A stretch of DNA of 64,000 nucleotides, from positions 68,016,001-68,080,000 of the forward strand of contig NC_086108.1 of assembly GCF_963921235.1 (NCBI RefSeq), given 5' to 3'. Below the pieces are notes generated by a model. That model did no database searches. It had not been told where the DNA came from and was given only the letters and a program-made list of their open reading frames with translations. A program made the position numbers and the translations under genes. This DNA comes from Mobula hypostoma (taxonomy: Eukaryota). Of this stretch, positions 13,994-27,769 are shown piece by piece (position 1 is the first letter of the stretch; each line of letters opens with the position of its first letter).

Positions 13994-14362
13994 TTATGAG
14001 ATTATTAAGGGATTGGACACGCTGTAGGCAGGAAGCATGTTCCCACTGATAGGTGAGTCCAGAACCAGAGGCCACAGTTTAAGAATAAGGGGCAGGCCAT
14101 TTAGAACGGAGTTGAGGAAAAACTTTTTCACCCAGAGAGTGGTGGATATATGGAATGCTCTGCCCCAGAAGGCAGTGAGGCCAAGTCTCTGGATGCTTTC
14201 AAGAAAGAGATGGATAGAGCCCTTAAAGATAGCGGAATCAAAGGTTATGGGGATAAGGCAGGAACTGGATACTGATTGTGGATGATCAGCCATGATCACA
14301 GTGAATGGCAGTGCTGGCTCGAAGGGCCAAATGGCCTACTCCTGCACCTATTATCTATTGTT
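13994..14362 (+). mobile_element. CR1 3' fragment (younger)
   Basis: ORF 14037..14285 (GESRTRGHSLRIRGRPFRTE...FFTQRVV) followed by the CR1 3' UTR hairpin. Confidence 0.9.
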
Positions 14363-16331
14363 TATTAGATATTAATAAAATTGAAGTAAATATTCAATAA
14401 CATAAATAATAAGCAAGATAATTAATTTCAAAATTAAATAAAGACACAATACCACCATAAAACAATACAAGCAAAAACGATTTGAGCTGATTGTCACCTG
14501 AACAATCACTGCCACGTCATATATTCCGACATGCTAACCAGCAACTGGGCATTTATTTTAGAAAGTCAAAAAGTCCCAAAACAAGAAACGTGGCCTTTTC
14601 AGGCACTCCAGCTTACAAATGTCACCTTTGACTGGTAGACTGATTGAGCAGTTAGGGCATTCTGTGAGCAGTGTGGCCTGTTGTCCAACTGCAGTTCTTT
14701 CTAATCCATTCAGAGCTCACCTATTACGGCTGACCTTCTTTGTCCTTCACTGAGTTCAGTGCAGCATATCCATCACTCATTATAAAGTTCCGCTCCTTAT
14801 TCATGAGAGCCAACTAATTAACAAAGAAGTAATTTCTAAGTGATATTAATTCTGATTCCAATAGCCCTTTAACAAATAAATGCCACTATCGGACTACCTA
14901 TCGTTTTCTGAGCTCTTTAAATCTTTCAATCTCCAAAAGTGAATCAAATTGAACAATGGATTGAACTTCAATTTCTTGAATAAAATGTCACTGCAAGATT
15001 GTAATTTCCTTGAGATTCATAAAAAGAGTACTGCAGATGCCAGAAATGTGATATTATAAAGAAAAAAATGCTGTAAATGCAAACATAATGAGCTGCTAAC
15101 ATTCAGTAAGCCAGGTAGCATCTGTGGAGAGAGACAAAGCAAGTTAACTCTTCAGGTCAACATTTTAATAAAGATCATGGCCCTGGAACATTAACTTTGA
15201 TTCTCTTGCTGTGTATACTATGTGATTTTCTGTGTATTTCAATAATATTCTACTTTTTAAATCACATGGGATTAATAAACCTCTTGCCTAGCCGAAAGGG
15301 TCACCTGATTAAATATCATCAGGCTGGGTTGTACTAACAATGAGATGATATAGATCCCGTTCTGCAATGTGCACTTTCTGTTGCTAAGAGAGGAAATGTG
15401 TAGTGATGGAGAACTACTGAAGAGATTAGGTGGATTAAAACTTCCCTACCATAGCATATTTGATCATTGAAGACCTATTGCTTTATACAACTATAACTGA
15501 AGCTTCTTCATTTAATGAACTGTTTTAAATAGAATCATCTCAAAAACTGTAATTGTTCTGATCAGCACCTTTGCTTTAGTCCCAATGGTGCCTTCACAGC
15601 TGTGCTCTCACAAAATGTAATAGCATATAAGGCTGCAGCTTGCAAAATGAAGATAAATATTGCCAATTATTTTTATGCAAATTACAGAGGAATACAACTT
15701 TTCAATGCACAAAATATGATATTATATTTTTGAAGATTGCAATCTAGGAGTTCTTGAAAATTCTCCTTCACCTGATTACAGGCTTCCAGTACAATATGCA
15801 GCACACTCTTTTGTACCTTGTTAGCTGCCAAATTATTTCTCACTTAGATTTTTTATATCAGAATTGACAGTGCTTCAGATAAATTACTATGTTCCAAAGG
15901 TTTAATTCCTTAAAATTCAATTCAGTTCTTAACATGAAATGTTAAAACCTTAATCAAGTCCAAATGCTTCAAGCATCATTTCTTATATATTACTTCAAAG
16001 TTGAGAAAAAGAGGGAAAACAAAACTAGAAACTTTTTAAACCGAGAAACTTGGTTAAAAAGCCTAACTCATTTGCAAATGTGTAGAGTAGAAATGAACTT
16101 CTATTGGTAGATGACTGCAGCTGGCAAAATATTTTACCTTTGGTGTCCATTTATCAGGGCCAACTTGATGCCATAATTGTCAAATGCTGACTTAATGCCA
16201 AGGGCAGTAACTCACTCCACACCTCTGGAATTCAGCTCTTTGTTTTTAAATCAAGACCATAATGAAGTTTGCACACTGCTGTAACATTGTGCTAAAAGAG
16301 AGGAGATTGATTGGGCAGTGATTAATGGAAC

Positions 16332-16554
16332 ACACATCAAAGTTGCTGGTGAACGCAGCAGGCCAGGCAGCATCTCTAGGAAGAGGTACAGTCGACGTTT
16401 CAGGCCGAGACCCTTCGTCAGGACTGGCGAAGGGTCTCGGCCTGAAACGTCGACTGTACCTCTTCCTAGAGATGCTGCCTGGCCTGCTGCATTCACCAGC
16501 AACTTTGATGTGTGTTGCTTGAATTTCCAGCATCTGCAGAATTCCTGTTGTTTG
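16332..16554 (+). mobile_element. Young Penelope inverted-pLTR insertion with 15-bp TSD
   Basis: Near-perfect inverted arms of about 90 bp. TSD AGTGATTAATGGAAC at 16317-16331 and 16555-16569. Confidence 0.88.
16389..16426 (-). ncRNA. Minimal type I hammerhead ribozyme (Penelope-associated)
   Basis: The minus strand reads CAGUC CUGACGA AGGGUCUCGGCCU GAAA CGUC GACUG: stem I CAGUC/GACUG, intact core, stem II AGG/CCU, palindromic mini stem III and a GUC cleavage triplet. Confidence 0.8.
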
Positions 16555-17214
16555 AGTGATTAATGGAACTGGATTTGTCTTGCTGTTTGTGAATAAAACA
16601 TATGTACGCAGTAATTTTCGCACTGACAGGTGGATGACAATTATGTAACTGTGCCAGAACAGTTTAATTGGAGTCACAGCTGTTTTAAGAGCACAGGTCT
16701 TAGGTGGTTCGGCTGGAATGCCATCTGAGTAGAACTGTACAAAGCAGGAGCAGGTCTTTTAGCCCGTTATGTCTGCACTGGCCAGGATGCCAATCTAAAC
16801 TCATCCCATATGCCAGTACACAAGTAAAGGAAAACAAATTAGGTAGACAGAGCCAAGTAGAGGAGTGGATAGGGATAGGGAGAGGTCAGAAACCTCTCCC
16901 ATCTGCCACCATTGTGTCTGCGGTATCCAGTGGTCTTAAGCGTTCTTGAAATGAAGTGAACTGAATTGACTAAAGACTGTCTATTATGATGATACGGTCC
17001 TCAGGAAGATGCCAAAATTCAACATCCAACACTTTGTGCTGAACATTGCTGTGTATGAATGAATAAAAGATCAACATCCTTTTGAAGGAAGCAGCTTGCA
17101 GCTAGATACCCTATCTAATTTAAGATTGTATTAAAAGTTACACCACCTTTGGTACCAATGTTTCATAATGGTACATTTATATTCATTTTATTTTACTTTC
17201 TTTGAAGGTAAAGG

Positions 17215-18330
17215 TTTTGTTATGTCACCAAACACTCTAACAAACTTCTACAGAAGTACAGATGTAAGTATCCTGACTGGTGGTATTGTGAAGTGCTTTG
17301 AGAGGCGGGTGTCATGACATACATCAACTCAACCTTCTCTGATAACTTCAACAAACTGCAATTTACCTATTGCTGAAACAGGTCTATGGCAAATGCCATC
17401 TTCCTGGTCCTACACTCATCTCTAGAGCAACTGCATGTAAAGACACCAACACTAGACTATTGTTTATTGACAACTGCTCTGCCTTCAGTACTATAATTCA
17501 TGGAAAACTCTTCTCCAAATTACTAAACCTGGAGCTCCACACCTCCTTGCAACTGCATCCTTGACCTCTTGACTTACGGGCCATAATCGATAAGGATGGA
17601 CAGCTCAACCCTGCCCCACTTTTGATGCACCATGTTCTAGCCCATTACTCTACTCACTGTGCACTCATAACTGGTGGCCAGATTCCACTGTAAATCCATC
17701 GTCAAGATTGCAGATGATACCATTATAGTGGGCCATATCACAGATAACAGTGAGTCAGAGTACAGAAAGTAGATAAAAAGCCAATATCATTTCATTGTCA
17801 TGCCAACAACTTTTCCCCCAATGTCAGCAAAACAAAGGAGCTGGTCATTGACTTTAGGAAGAGGGTGGCACATATCTTCCTGCTGACAGCAACTGTGCTA
17901 AAGTCAAGAGGGGTTAAAGCTTCAAGTTTCTAGCAGAGAACATCACCAATGCCTGTCCTACTCCAACTATGTTGACGCCACGGCCAAGAACGTTCACCAG
18001 CACTTCTACTTAACCAAGAAGCTGTAGAAATTTGACATGCTCCCCGGACCATATTCAACTTATATTGATGCACCATAGAAAACAACCAATCCAGATGCAT
18101 CACAGCTTGGTGTGGCAGATTTTCTGTCCATGACTGCAAAGGACTGCAGGGAGTTGTGGACATAGATCAGCATATCAAAGAAACCAACCTCACTTTCATG
18201 GACTCTGACTATATTTCCTGCTGCCTTGGTAAAACCAAAGTATAATCAAAGACTCTAACCCTTGCATACATTTTCTCTTCTCCCACCTTCCACTGGGCAA
18301 AAGAAATAAGAATTTGAAAGAGCATACCTA
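17215..18330 (+). mobile_element. Rex1/Babar-type LINE RT fragment, decayed
   Basis: RLLFIDNCSAFSTII (ORF 17370) and KIADDT (AAGATTGCAGATGATACC, about 17704). Confidence 0.75.
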
Positions 18331-18334
18331 GGTT

Positions 18335-18730
18335 GGGTAGATCTCATCCTGACAGCATGAACACTAAATTTTCCATCTTCCAGTCATGTCTACCTCCCCC
18401 CCCCACTTTTTTCCAGACCTTATTCTGCTCCCCTTTTAACCCTTCTCTTCACACACCTATCTCCTCACTCTGATGCTATTTCTCCTTCCCTTTCTCCCAT
18501 AGTCCACTCTCCTCTCCTATCAGATTCCTCTTTCTTCAGCCCTTTACCCTTCATATCTATCACCTCCCAAGTTCTTATTTCATCCCCCTCTGCACACACC
18601 CATCTCACATAGTTTCATCTATCACCTGCTAGTCTTGATGAAGGTCTCGGCCCAAAACATCAACTGTTTATTCCTCTACATAGATGCTGCCTGACTACCT
18701 GAGTTCCTCAAGCATTTTGTATGTGTTTCT
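18335..18730 (+). mobile_element. Penelope 3' end / pLTR
   Basis: Same CT-rich pLTR and decayed hammerhead (GTCTTGATGAAGGTCTCGGCCCAAAAC) as at 11170 and 42350. Confidence 0.75.
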
Positions 18731-19924
18731 CACAAATACTATTGGGTAGGAAGTACAGAAGCCTGAAGCTGCTAGGCACTAGATTCAAGTTTAGCAATTT
18801 CCCTCCGTCTATTCTGTTCTGCACTACCCCATCAATGGGCCAATAGGCTTAATTCCGCCCCTATATCTTAAGGTCTACCCCCATCACATCTCAGTAGGTC
18901 AACACTGACCACTTGACCCTATCTTGGACTCCATGTTTTAAAATTTGTGTATCTAATGTTAAGTGCTTGTGGTGTTGTCGCAAGTAAGTTGTTTATTGCA
19001 CTTGTGACTCTGACTCCAAGACATGTACTTGTGCATATGACAATGAACTTGACTTTGACATACTAAAGTATGTTTAGCAGTTTCCTTAATACTGAATTGA
19101 GGCTAGTACTTACTTCGTGCAGTTGTCAGGACAGGAAGTTAAAGAGGGTCCTGAATAATTTAGTAATTGCCTAAGCTCCCTTGTAAATTGGGTATAAACT
19201 GAGCCCCTTTCACACCTGGGAAAGGGCACAACCAAACTGAGTTCAGATCTCAAAATATTTCTTTGTGATTAATTGATCTCTTAGACTGTTATTGCTCTTT
19301 TCATTAGGTTATTAGTTTCTTTAGGAATGAATGTATATAGCAGCTAACATTGATTACATTGAGTTGCATGGTACGTGAACAATTTCCTTCTCAAGTATAC
19401 TGAAATAAATGAAAGCTTCTGTGACCATACAAAACAATTTCAAAAGAAACTTCAAGCAATATAGCAACATAAGGTTGTAAGAAGTCTTTGGAGAGTGTAA
19501 TTTTCCAGATTTAATGTATATAATTTATCACGCAGGTATCTGTGAAAGATGAGTCAGATTAGCTTCTTGGTCTAACTACAGGCAATTTGATCCAGCAAAT
19601 TTGAACAAGATAATAATTACAAAGTAGTTTACAAAGCCCACAACAAACTTACATTGCAGTAAATAACTAAAAATTCTCAGGCAGTTCTGTGTTAAACAGA
19701 GCTAATAATTGAAAATAACCAACCGATTAAATTCTGTTTTTATTATACAGGTTTGAGGATTGTGCAGGTGTATGTTGCATTTTGCTATTTCTCCAATGCA
19801 AACCAAAGCTAAAACATTTTAAGATAGTAGAATATAGTAATTGAAATAAAAAAATTAAATTATTGTGATTTAAGTCACAGTTAAATCCAATATACAATAA
19901 CTTGAAGAGCTAAACAGAGGTACA

Positions 19925-20573
19925 TGTAGGGCTTTCAGTATACTTGGTGGACTGTTAACTGTTGATTGCTTATTACCAAAATGGCTTCTCTGAAGTGTTA
20001 TATTAAAATGGCTTCTCGTAATGTTAACTGCAGAGCAAGGGGTTCTCTGTAACTGCAATGTTTGGGTTATACAGGGAGATAATGGAAATTGTATTCATTT
20101 GTTAGCCAATGGAAGTCATGTTTTGTTATCTTGTATATGTGTGCTGAGTTAAGGAGCACGGGCTTTTCGGGAGGCGAGCTGAGAGGACGGATGTGTGAGG
20201 AATGGACAGCGGTTCCAGGGCGCCGGATACCGAACCTCAGGGGTTCGGAGGGTGGCCGGAGTCTTGGAAGGACGTTGTGGATGGAATTGGAGGCGTGAGC
20301 TCCAACGTATTGAAATATTATGTGCACAAGACTGATAAGTTACTTATGTGGTGCCTGGTTTTTTGTAGTTATTGCTACTAACCCAGCACCAAAAATTTGC
20401 TATAAAGTATAATTCTTTACTCGCACTTGGTATATTGTTTTCATATTTGTGTTGTGGCTGTTCATTGGGCGACTCGCACCTTATCCGCACCAAAGTGATT
20501 GCACTGTTTGGCGGGTCAATGGCTATTTACCCTAGGCAACAGGGGGTCAGTAGGGCAAAAACCCTTACTTACA
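19925..20573 (+). mobile_element. Gypsy solo LTR
   Basis: TGTAGG...CTTACA termini flanked by a perfect 4-bp TSD TACA (19921-19924 and 20574-20577). Related to the LTR at 1809-2400. Confidence 0.85.
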
Positions 20574-21791
20574 TACAGACATATTGTAAATATTTATTCT
20601 TACAGTGGCAAAGCAAAATTTTGGGGTTTTCTAGCATTGAAAATCTGCAGTTTGCCTCATGCTTGGCCTACTGCAATGATGATATTTAACAATTACTTTC
20701 AGTTAGTTAGTTAGTTACATTTGTAACTCAGTCTTTTCAGCAAAAAATAATTAATCCTGAAGTGTGAGTTGTGTTAGAACCAGCAAAAACATTCAATGAT
20801 ATTCTTGAAAGTAAGTTAGTGAAGTACTGTTTCATACTAATAGGAATTTCTAAGTTAAGGGATAATCAAATTTCACTTTTAATGAATAGTATTCTGGGAC
20901 TATCACTGTTGTGTTTTCGATTTATTTCCATGACTACACACAATTTTTTGTAAATTACAAATGAACAGTCAAAATTTTACAGGTATGAAGTATATTTTTA
21001 ATTCTACCCACAATACTGTGATTCATATTTAACACCAAAATGTTACATGTCAATACTCATAATTAGTAGACCATATATAAAGTTGTAGACATCAGTTCCT
21101 TCTTCGATGACATATTTCCCTGCAAATAATTTTTCCTCTAGCCTATTAGCATGTTTCCTCCCTCACTAACTCACCATGCTCCAAAATTTTCTCATCCCTG
21201 CTAGATTGAGTGTCAAGGTCGTAAGGATAAAATTCAAGCTTTTCAAGCCACTTAAAGACAGCCTCATTAGGAATAAAACTGAAATATTTATTGAAATAAA
21301 CAACAACCATTAAAGTATTCATTTCAAGTTGTCCTGCATGGCTTCAAAACCTGCAGTATATAATCTAATGAATTACCAAAATGACCAACATCATTGTGAT
21401 TCACTCATAGTATTCGACAAACTTCCTTCAATATGGAGGAGAAACACAAAATTACTTCAGAATATTAAACATTTATGAGTCTCAAACAGAAATCCAACTA
21501 CCAGCCATTTGAACTGCATCTCGGAGGCAAAAAAGTAAGCTTTTTTTTTGTGCTGATCCATTTTCTTTCACTTAATCTGTTCAGTGAAAATTCTGCCATA
21601 TATCTCTCCTAAAAGTTGGGATGCATACTAACACTACTTCATCACAGCAAAATGTCATAAGTCATACAGCAAAGGTTTCGAGCCACCATCCATGTCAAAC
21701 ATCAAGTGCTCATTTATATTAATTTTACACTAATACCATTTCATTTTCCCTACATTCCTATCAACTCCCACAATATTGAACGAAGCACGTA

Positions 21792-22374
21792 CACTAAATG
21801 GCCACTTTATTAGGTACGTCCTGTACCTCATAAAGTGGCAGACTGGGTGTATGTTCGTGGTCTTCTGCTGTGGTAGCCTATTCACTTCAAGATTTGATGT
21901 GTTGTGTATTCAGAGATGCTCTTCTGCACATCACTATTGTAACCCGTGGTTATCTGAGCTACTGTCACCTTCCCCTCAGCTTGAACCAGTCTTGTCATTC
22001 TCCTCTGACTTCCCTGATTAACAAGGCATTTTTGCCCATTGAACTGCTTCTTATTGGATGTTCTGTTTTGATTTTCACACTGTTCTCTGTAAACCCTAGA
22101 CTGATGTGCATGAAAGTCCTAGAGATCAGCAGTTTCTGAGATTATTAAACCACCCATGTGGCACCAATAATCATTCCATGATCGAAGTCACTTAGGTCAA
22201 ATTTCTTCCCCATTCTGATGTTTGGTCTGAACAAAAACTGAATCTCTTGACATGTCTGACATGTCTGCATTCATTTATACATTGAGTTGCTGCCACATGA
22301 TTGGCTGATTAGATATTTGAATTAATGAGATATACCTAATAAATTGGTGTACCTAATAAATTGGTCACTTGGTG
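21792..22374. mobile_element. Non-autonomous Tc1/mariner element
   Basis: TIRs CACTAAATGGCCACTTTATTAGGTAC and GTACCTAATAAATTGGTCACTTGGTG, flanked by TA. Confidence 0.8.
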
Positions 22375-22394
22375 TATATTGGTCACTGAGGTCA

Positions 22395-22535
22395 CCAAGA
22401 GTCCTGCTGAAGGGTTTCAGCCCAAAATGTTGACTGTACTTTTTCCCATAGTTGCTGCCTGGTCTACTGAGTTCCTCCAGCGTTTTGCGTGTGTTGCTCA
22501 GACTTCCAGCATTTGCAGATTTTCACTTGTATGTG
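22395..22535 (+). mobile_element. Penelope pLTR tail
   Basis: GTCCTGCTGAAGGGTTTCAGCCCAAAATGTTGACTG...TCCAGCATTTGCAGA. Confidence 0.7.
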
Positions 22536-23419
22536 CACTGAGTGTATTTAACTGGGGCAACTTACGTGGCCGATTAATCTAATGCCCTATATGTCTTTGG
22601 AAAATGGGAGGAAATCAGAGAACCACACTGTCACTGAATGATTGAGCATTCTATGTATTCAGTAGAAGAGACTGCAGTTCAGAATTAAGCTTCACACTTC
22701 GGTATAATAATCTTCTTTCTGTCAGTACCATTCAATGTTCCCTCAAATGATTTTCACAGCTGCGTGAACCAACTACTGTTCTGAGCAGGAAATTTTTATG
22801 TGGCCTGTGAACTGTGAGGCACTTTAATAAAACATTGTATAAAATAAAATTCTAGCAGTGTGGCAACAAAGGCTGTGTGTCTCAGTTATTGCACAGCTGT
22901 GCATCTGCGTATGGTGCCATTCAAGCTAGGGAATGAACCCTGGTTACATGAGAAGAGCGAGAGGATGGGCCAGTAGTATCAACATATATACCTAATGCAA
23001 AAATGAAATGCTAACCAGTTGAAGCTGCTATGGAGCTGTTAAAGGGCAATAATAGCACTGACGTGACTATGTGAAGCTACCACATGAGCAGATCAAGTCA
23101 AAGCTCCACAGTCTAGCCATATCCAGCTCTTTTTGGTGTTGGCCAATTCAGTACCTAACAAAAGGGCAAGGCTCAATAACTATCCTCACCTACAATAACG
23201 CTGGGTCCAGCATATGAGTGCTAAACACTGACACATTTTCAACCATTTTTAGTTAAATATACTTTGGTTTCTGCCGGAGAGATCCATCATCATAGAAGCC
23301 AGCTTCAGCCAATCTGATTCACTCCATGTGCCATCACAAAACAGCTGAGTCTCACGTTACAGCAAAGTCAGCAGAGAGGGCCGGACAACATCCTAGCTGC
23401 AGCTGTGAAGGCCTTTATG

Positions 23420-24810
23420 CTCTAGGAGGGTGGTGATGAAACATATCAACTGCTGCCTGGGAAGTGACTTAGATCCACTCCAAGTTGCCTACTAGAGCAA
23501 CTGGTCCACAGTAGATACCATCTTATTGGCTCTTCAGTCACTCTGTAAGACCTAGGCAGCAAAGATGCATACATGAGGATGCTCCTTATTGCCTACAGCT
23601 CAACATTTAATACCATCATCCCCTCAAAACTAATCAATAAGCTCCAAAACCTTGGCCTCAATACCTCCTTGTGCAATTGTATCCTTGATTTCCTTGTTTG
23701 CAGACTCTAATTAATTCAGTTTGGCGACAACATCTCCTCCACAATCTCCACCAGCACAGATGCACCACACAGCTTACTCCTCTGCTCTACTCACTTTATA
23801 CTTAATGACTATGCGATTAAGAACAGCTCCAATGCCATATTCAAGTTTGCTGAAGGCACCATTGTCATAGGCCAAGCCATATAAGAGGGAGATTGAAAAT
23901 ATGGAGGAGTGGTGCTATAACAACAAATTCTCACTCAATGTCAACAGCAGCAAGAAGCTGATTATTGACTTATGGAGGAGGAAACCAAAGGTCCATGAGC
24001 TAGTTCACATCAGAGGTGGAGAGGGTCAGCAACTTTATATTTCTCACTGTTATTATTTTGGAGGATCTGACCCGGGCCTCGCGTGTAAGTACTATGAAGA
24101 AAGAACGGAAGTGCCTCTACTTACTTAGGAATTTGCGAAGATTCAGTAGGACATCTAAAACTTTGACAAACATCTATAGATGTACAGTGGAGAGTATATT
24201 GACTGGCTCTATCACATCGTGGTATGGAAACACCAATGCCGTTGAACAGAAAATCTTACAAAAAAGTAACGTATATGGCCCAGTCCATTGCAAGTAAATC
24301 CCTCCCCACCATTGAACACATCTACATGAAGATTTGTTGCAGGAAAGAAGTATCCATTGTTAGAGACCCCCATCACCCGGAACTTGCTTTCATCTTGCTG
24401 CTGGCATCAGGAAGAAGGTACAGGAGCCTCGGGTCTCACAGCAGCAGGTTCAGGAACAGTTACCACCCTTAAACCATCAGGCACTCTCGCCAAGGGTGAT
24501 AACTTCACTCAACTTCACTTACCCCATCACTGAAATGTTCCCACAACCAGTGGACTCACTTTCAAGGACTATTCATCTCATATTTTTGATATTTATCGCT
24601 TACATATCTATTATTATCATTTCTTCTTTTGTATTTGCACAGTTTGTTGTCTTCTGTACCCTGGTTGACTGTACTAGTTTGTCAGTCTTTCTTTGATTCT
24701 GTTATGGTTATTAATCTATAGATGTATTGAGTATGCCCACAAGAAAATGAATCTCAGGGTTGCTTTTGTGATATATATGCACTTCGATAATAAATTTACT
24801 TTGAACTTTG
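23420..24810 (+). mobile_element. Rex1/Babar-type LINE 3' half
   Basis: ORFs 23901, 24016 and 24224 (KKLIIDL, YRCTVESILTGSITSWYGN, SGRRYRSL) and an AATAAA...TTGAACTTTG tail. Confidence 0.85.
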
Positions 24811-25049
24811 GACAAGCAAGGTGAACTCCAGTGGTGAGATGAAAGTGACCGTCCTTGACGTCATTTGACCAAGAATGTCAATAAGAATCCCTCCTAAAAT
24901 TGATATCAATGAATAGAAAGGGGAAAGTATGCCAATGAGTAGAATCACAGTTCACACAAAGAAAAGTAGCAATCCCTCTCTGTGGTATACCAAGTAGATC
25001 ATGAGCTGTGATGCAATGTATTGCTTATGTGTTCTTTAGGTCAAACTTG

Positions 25050-25970
25050 AATATTAAATTTATTTAAGTCTTACATCCATCCCACAACATGAAGGAGTAA
25101 AAATCTTTGCATTATGACTCCATCGCAAAGTACAGACACGTGAACTTATGAGTCTAATGGCTTGTAGAAAGAAGCTGTCTCATAGCCTGTTGGCCCTGGC
25201 TTTAATGTTGCGGTAGCGTTTGCCAGACGGAAGCAGCTGAAACAGTTTATAGTTGGGGTGACTGGTGTCCCTGATGATCTTCCAGGCCTTCTTTCTGTAC
25301 CTGCTGCTATAAGTGCCCTCAATGGAGGGAAGTTCACATCCACAGATGTGCTGGGCTGGCCGTACCACTCTCTGCAGTGCCCAGCGATCAAGGTTGGCGC
25401 AATTCCCATACCAGGCGGTGATACAACCAGTCAGTATGCTCTCAATGGTGCCCCTGTAGAAGGTCTTAAGGATTTGGGGGCCCATGTCAAATTTCTTCAG
25501 TCGCCTGAGGTGGAAGAGACGCTGTTGTACATTTTTTGCCACACAGCCGATGTGTACAGTCCAGGTGAGATTTTTGGTGATGTGTATACCAAGGAACTTG
25601 GAACTACTCATCCTCTCAACTGTAGACCCATTAATGTTAATCAGGGAAAACCTGTCTCCATTCCTCCTGTAATGTACAATCAGCTCTTTTGTTTTTTGCA
25701 CACTGAGGTTGTTATCCTGGCCCCACTCTGTCAGGGTGTCAACCTCTCCTCAGTGGGCTGTCTCATCATAGCTAGAAATAAAGCCAATCAATGTCATGTT
25801 TGATCTAGGAGACTCAGGACACAACCCTGGGGGCCACCTGTGCTGACGGTCAGAGGTGCAGAGGTGAGGGAGCCCAGCCTTACCACCTGTTGGCAGTCCA
25901 ATAGGAAGCCTAGGATCTAGCTGCACAAGGCAGGGTGCAGGCCAAGGTCTCTGAACTTCCTGAACTTCAA
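25050..25970 (-). mobile_element. Rex1/Babar-type LINE 3' fragment
   Basis: ORF 25180..25701 (KTKELIV...KFLGIHI...YRGTIESILTGCITAWYG...LPSGKRYR). Confidence 0.88.
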
Positions 25971-26384
25971 AGCAGAATAGAACCATGTGTAATATTCCAT
26001 GTTTTGGCGTCAATAACTAGAAGACTGGAACAATTTAAAGATGCAGAGTATTAGGCTGTTACTTCAGTAGCCACCCTCATTGTCTTTAGGGCTACAATAG
26101 ACAAAATGGAAGTCATGGACAAATGAAATCTATTGAGAAGGTTTCAGTGCAGTTTTAGAAAAATCATAACTCCAGGCAGCAATGAAAAGAGACATCTTCC
26201 ACCAGTAATACTCACAAAATGCTGGAGGAACTCAGCAGGCCAGGCAGCATCTATAGAAAAGAGTAAACAGTTAACGTTTCGGGCCAAGACAATACATCCT
26301 CAGCCCCCTATTCCCTATACACTCATGAGAGTGTGGCCAAATTCTGCTTTAACTCCTTGATACTTTCATAGTAGACTTCATCTC

Positions 26385-27220
26385 AAATAATTATGAGGCA
26401 GAGTACAAGAAGGAGATAGAAAGCCTAGTGTAATGGTGTCAGCAAAACAAAGGAGCTGTTCATTGAACTTAGGAAGGGGAGAAGTGTGCATCCTCCTGTT
26501 TACATCAACAATGATGAAGTCAAAAGAGCTGAGAGTTTCAAGTTCCTAGGAGTGAACATCACCAATAGCCTTACTTGTTCAATCATGTAGATGCCACAGC
26601 CAAGAAAGCTCACCACTGCCTCTACTTCCTCAGGAGGATGGAGATAGTTGGCATGTCCCCTTTGACTCTCACCATTTTTTAATCAATGGGCCATAGAAAA
26701 CATCCTACCTGGATACATCGCAGTTTGGTATAACAACTGCTTTGCTCATGATAGCAAGAAACTGCAGAGAGTTGGTACGTAGCTCAGCACATCATGGAAA
26801 CCAGCCTCTATAGACTGTGTCTATACTTCTCACTGCCTCAGTAAAGCAGCCAGTATTATCAAAGTTCCCACCTGTCTTGGACATTCTCTCTTCTCCCTCT
26901 CCCATTGGGCAGAAGATACAAAAGCTGGAAACCTTATTCCACCAGGCTCGAGGAGAGCTTCTATTCCAGTGTTTTAAGGCCATTGAAGATTTCCCAAGTA
27001 CACTAAGATGGACTCCTGACCTCACAATCTATCTAATTGTGACCTTGCACCTTACTGACTACCTGCACTACAATTTCTCTGTAGCTCTAACACGTTATTC
27101 TGCACTGTTATTGTTTTACCTCAATACACTGTTGTAATGAATTTATCTCATGAATGGTATGCAAGACAGGTTTTTCACTGTACTCAGTACATGTAACAAT
27201 AATAAACCAATTTGCCAATT
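26385..27220 (+). mobile_element. Rex1/Babar-type LINE 3' fragment
   Basis: FKFLGVNIT region and a 3' tail ending AATAAACCAATT. Confidence 0.75.
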
Positions 27221-27769
27221 TAAATGTACTGGTTTTCAAATGGAATATGTCATCAAAGTATTAAAGCAAATAAACATTTACCAAACTTCATTGAATTAAT
27301 TGAAATCCTGTTTGTTTACTAATTAATATCTTGGCTGTGGTGCTCCTCTAACAAACATAAAAACAAATCCTTTTTCAATTTTTATTAACACTAACCATTA
27401 AAAGTAACTGGTTTCTGAATCTAATACATATAATTTAATTTATTTCCGGTTAATAGTTTTGAAGTAAATAGTTACTGACAGATAAAAATTACATTTCGCT
27501 TTTGTCATTGGTCTGAAATTCAAAAGAAAGAAACAGAAAATAAGTAATGGAAAGCCTAACTGGAGTGACAAAATATAGACTTGAATCCATTGGCTCCCAA
27601 TTGCCAAGAGGCTCATCCATTTTCAGTCATGCCAAATTGTAAGTTAACATTAGAGGACCCACAAGACACTGTAGTGGAACACCAATGCTGGCTCCATCAT
27701 TGGACTCCACTGCAATGCTCACCTGCATCCAAAGCCCAAAGTTTTCACAGGAGCACAATTGAGCAACAA

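Noticed and set aside
16246..16677. Mirror-image ORFs on both strands
   Set aside because: An artefact of the Penelope inverted repeat.
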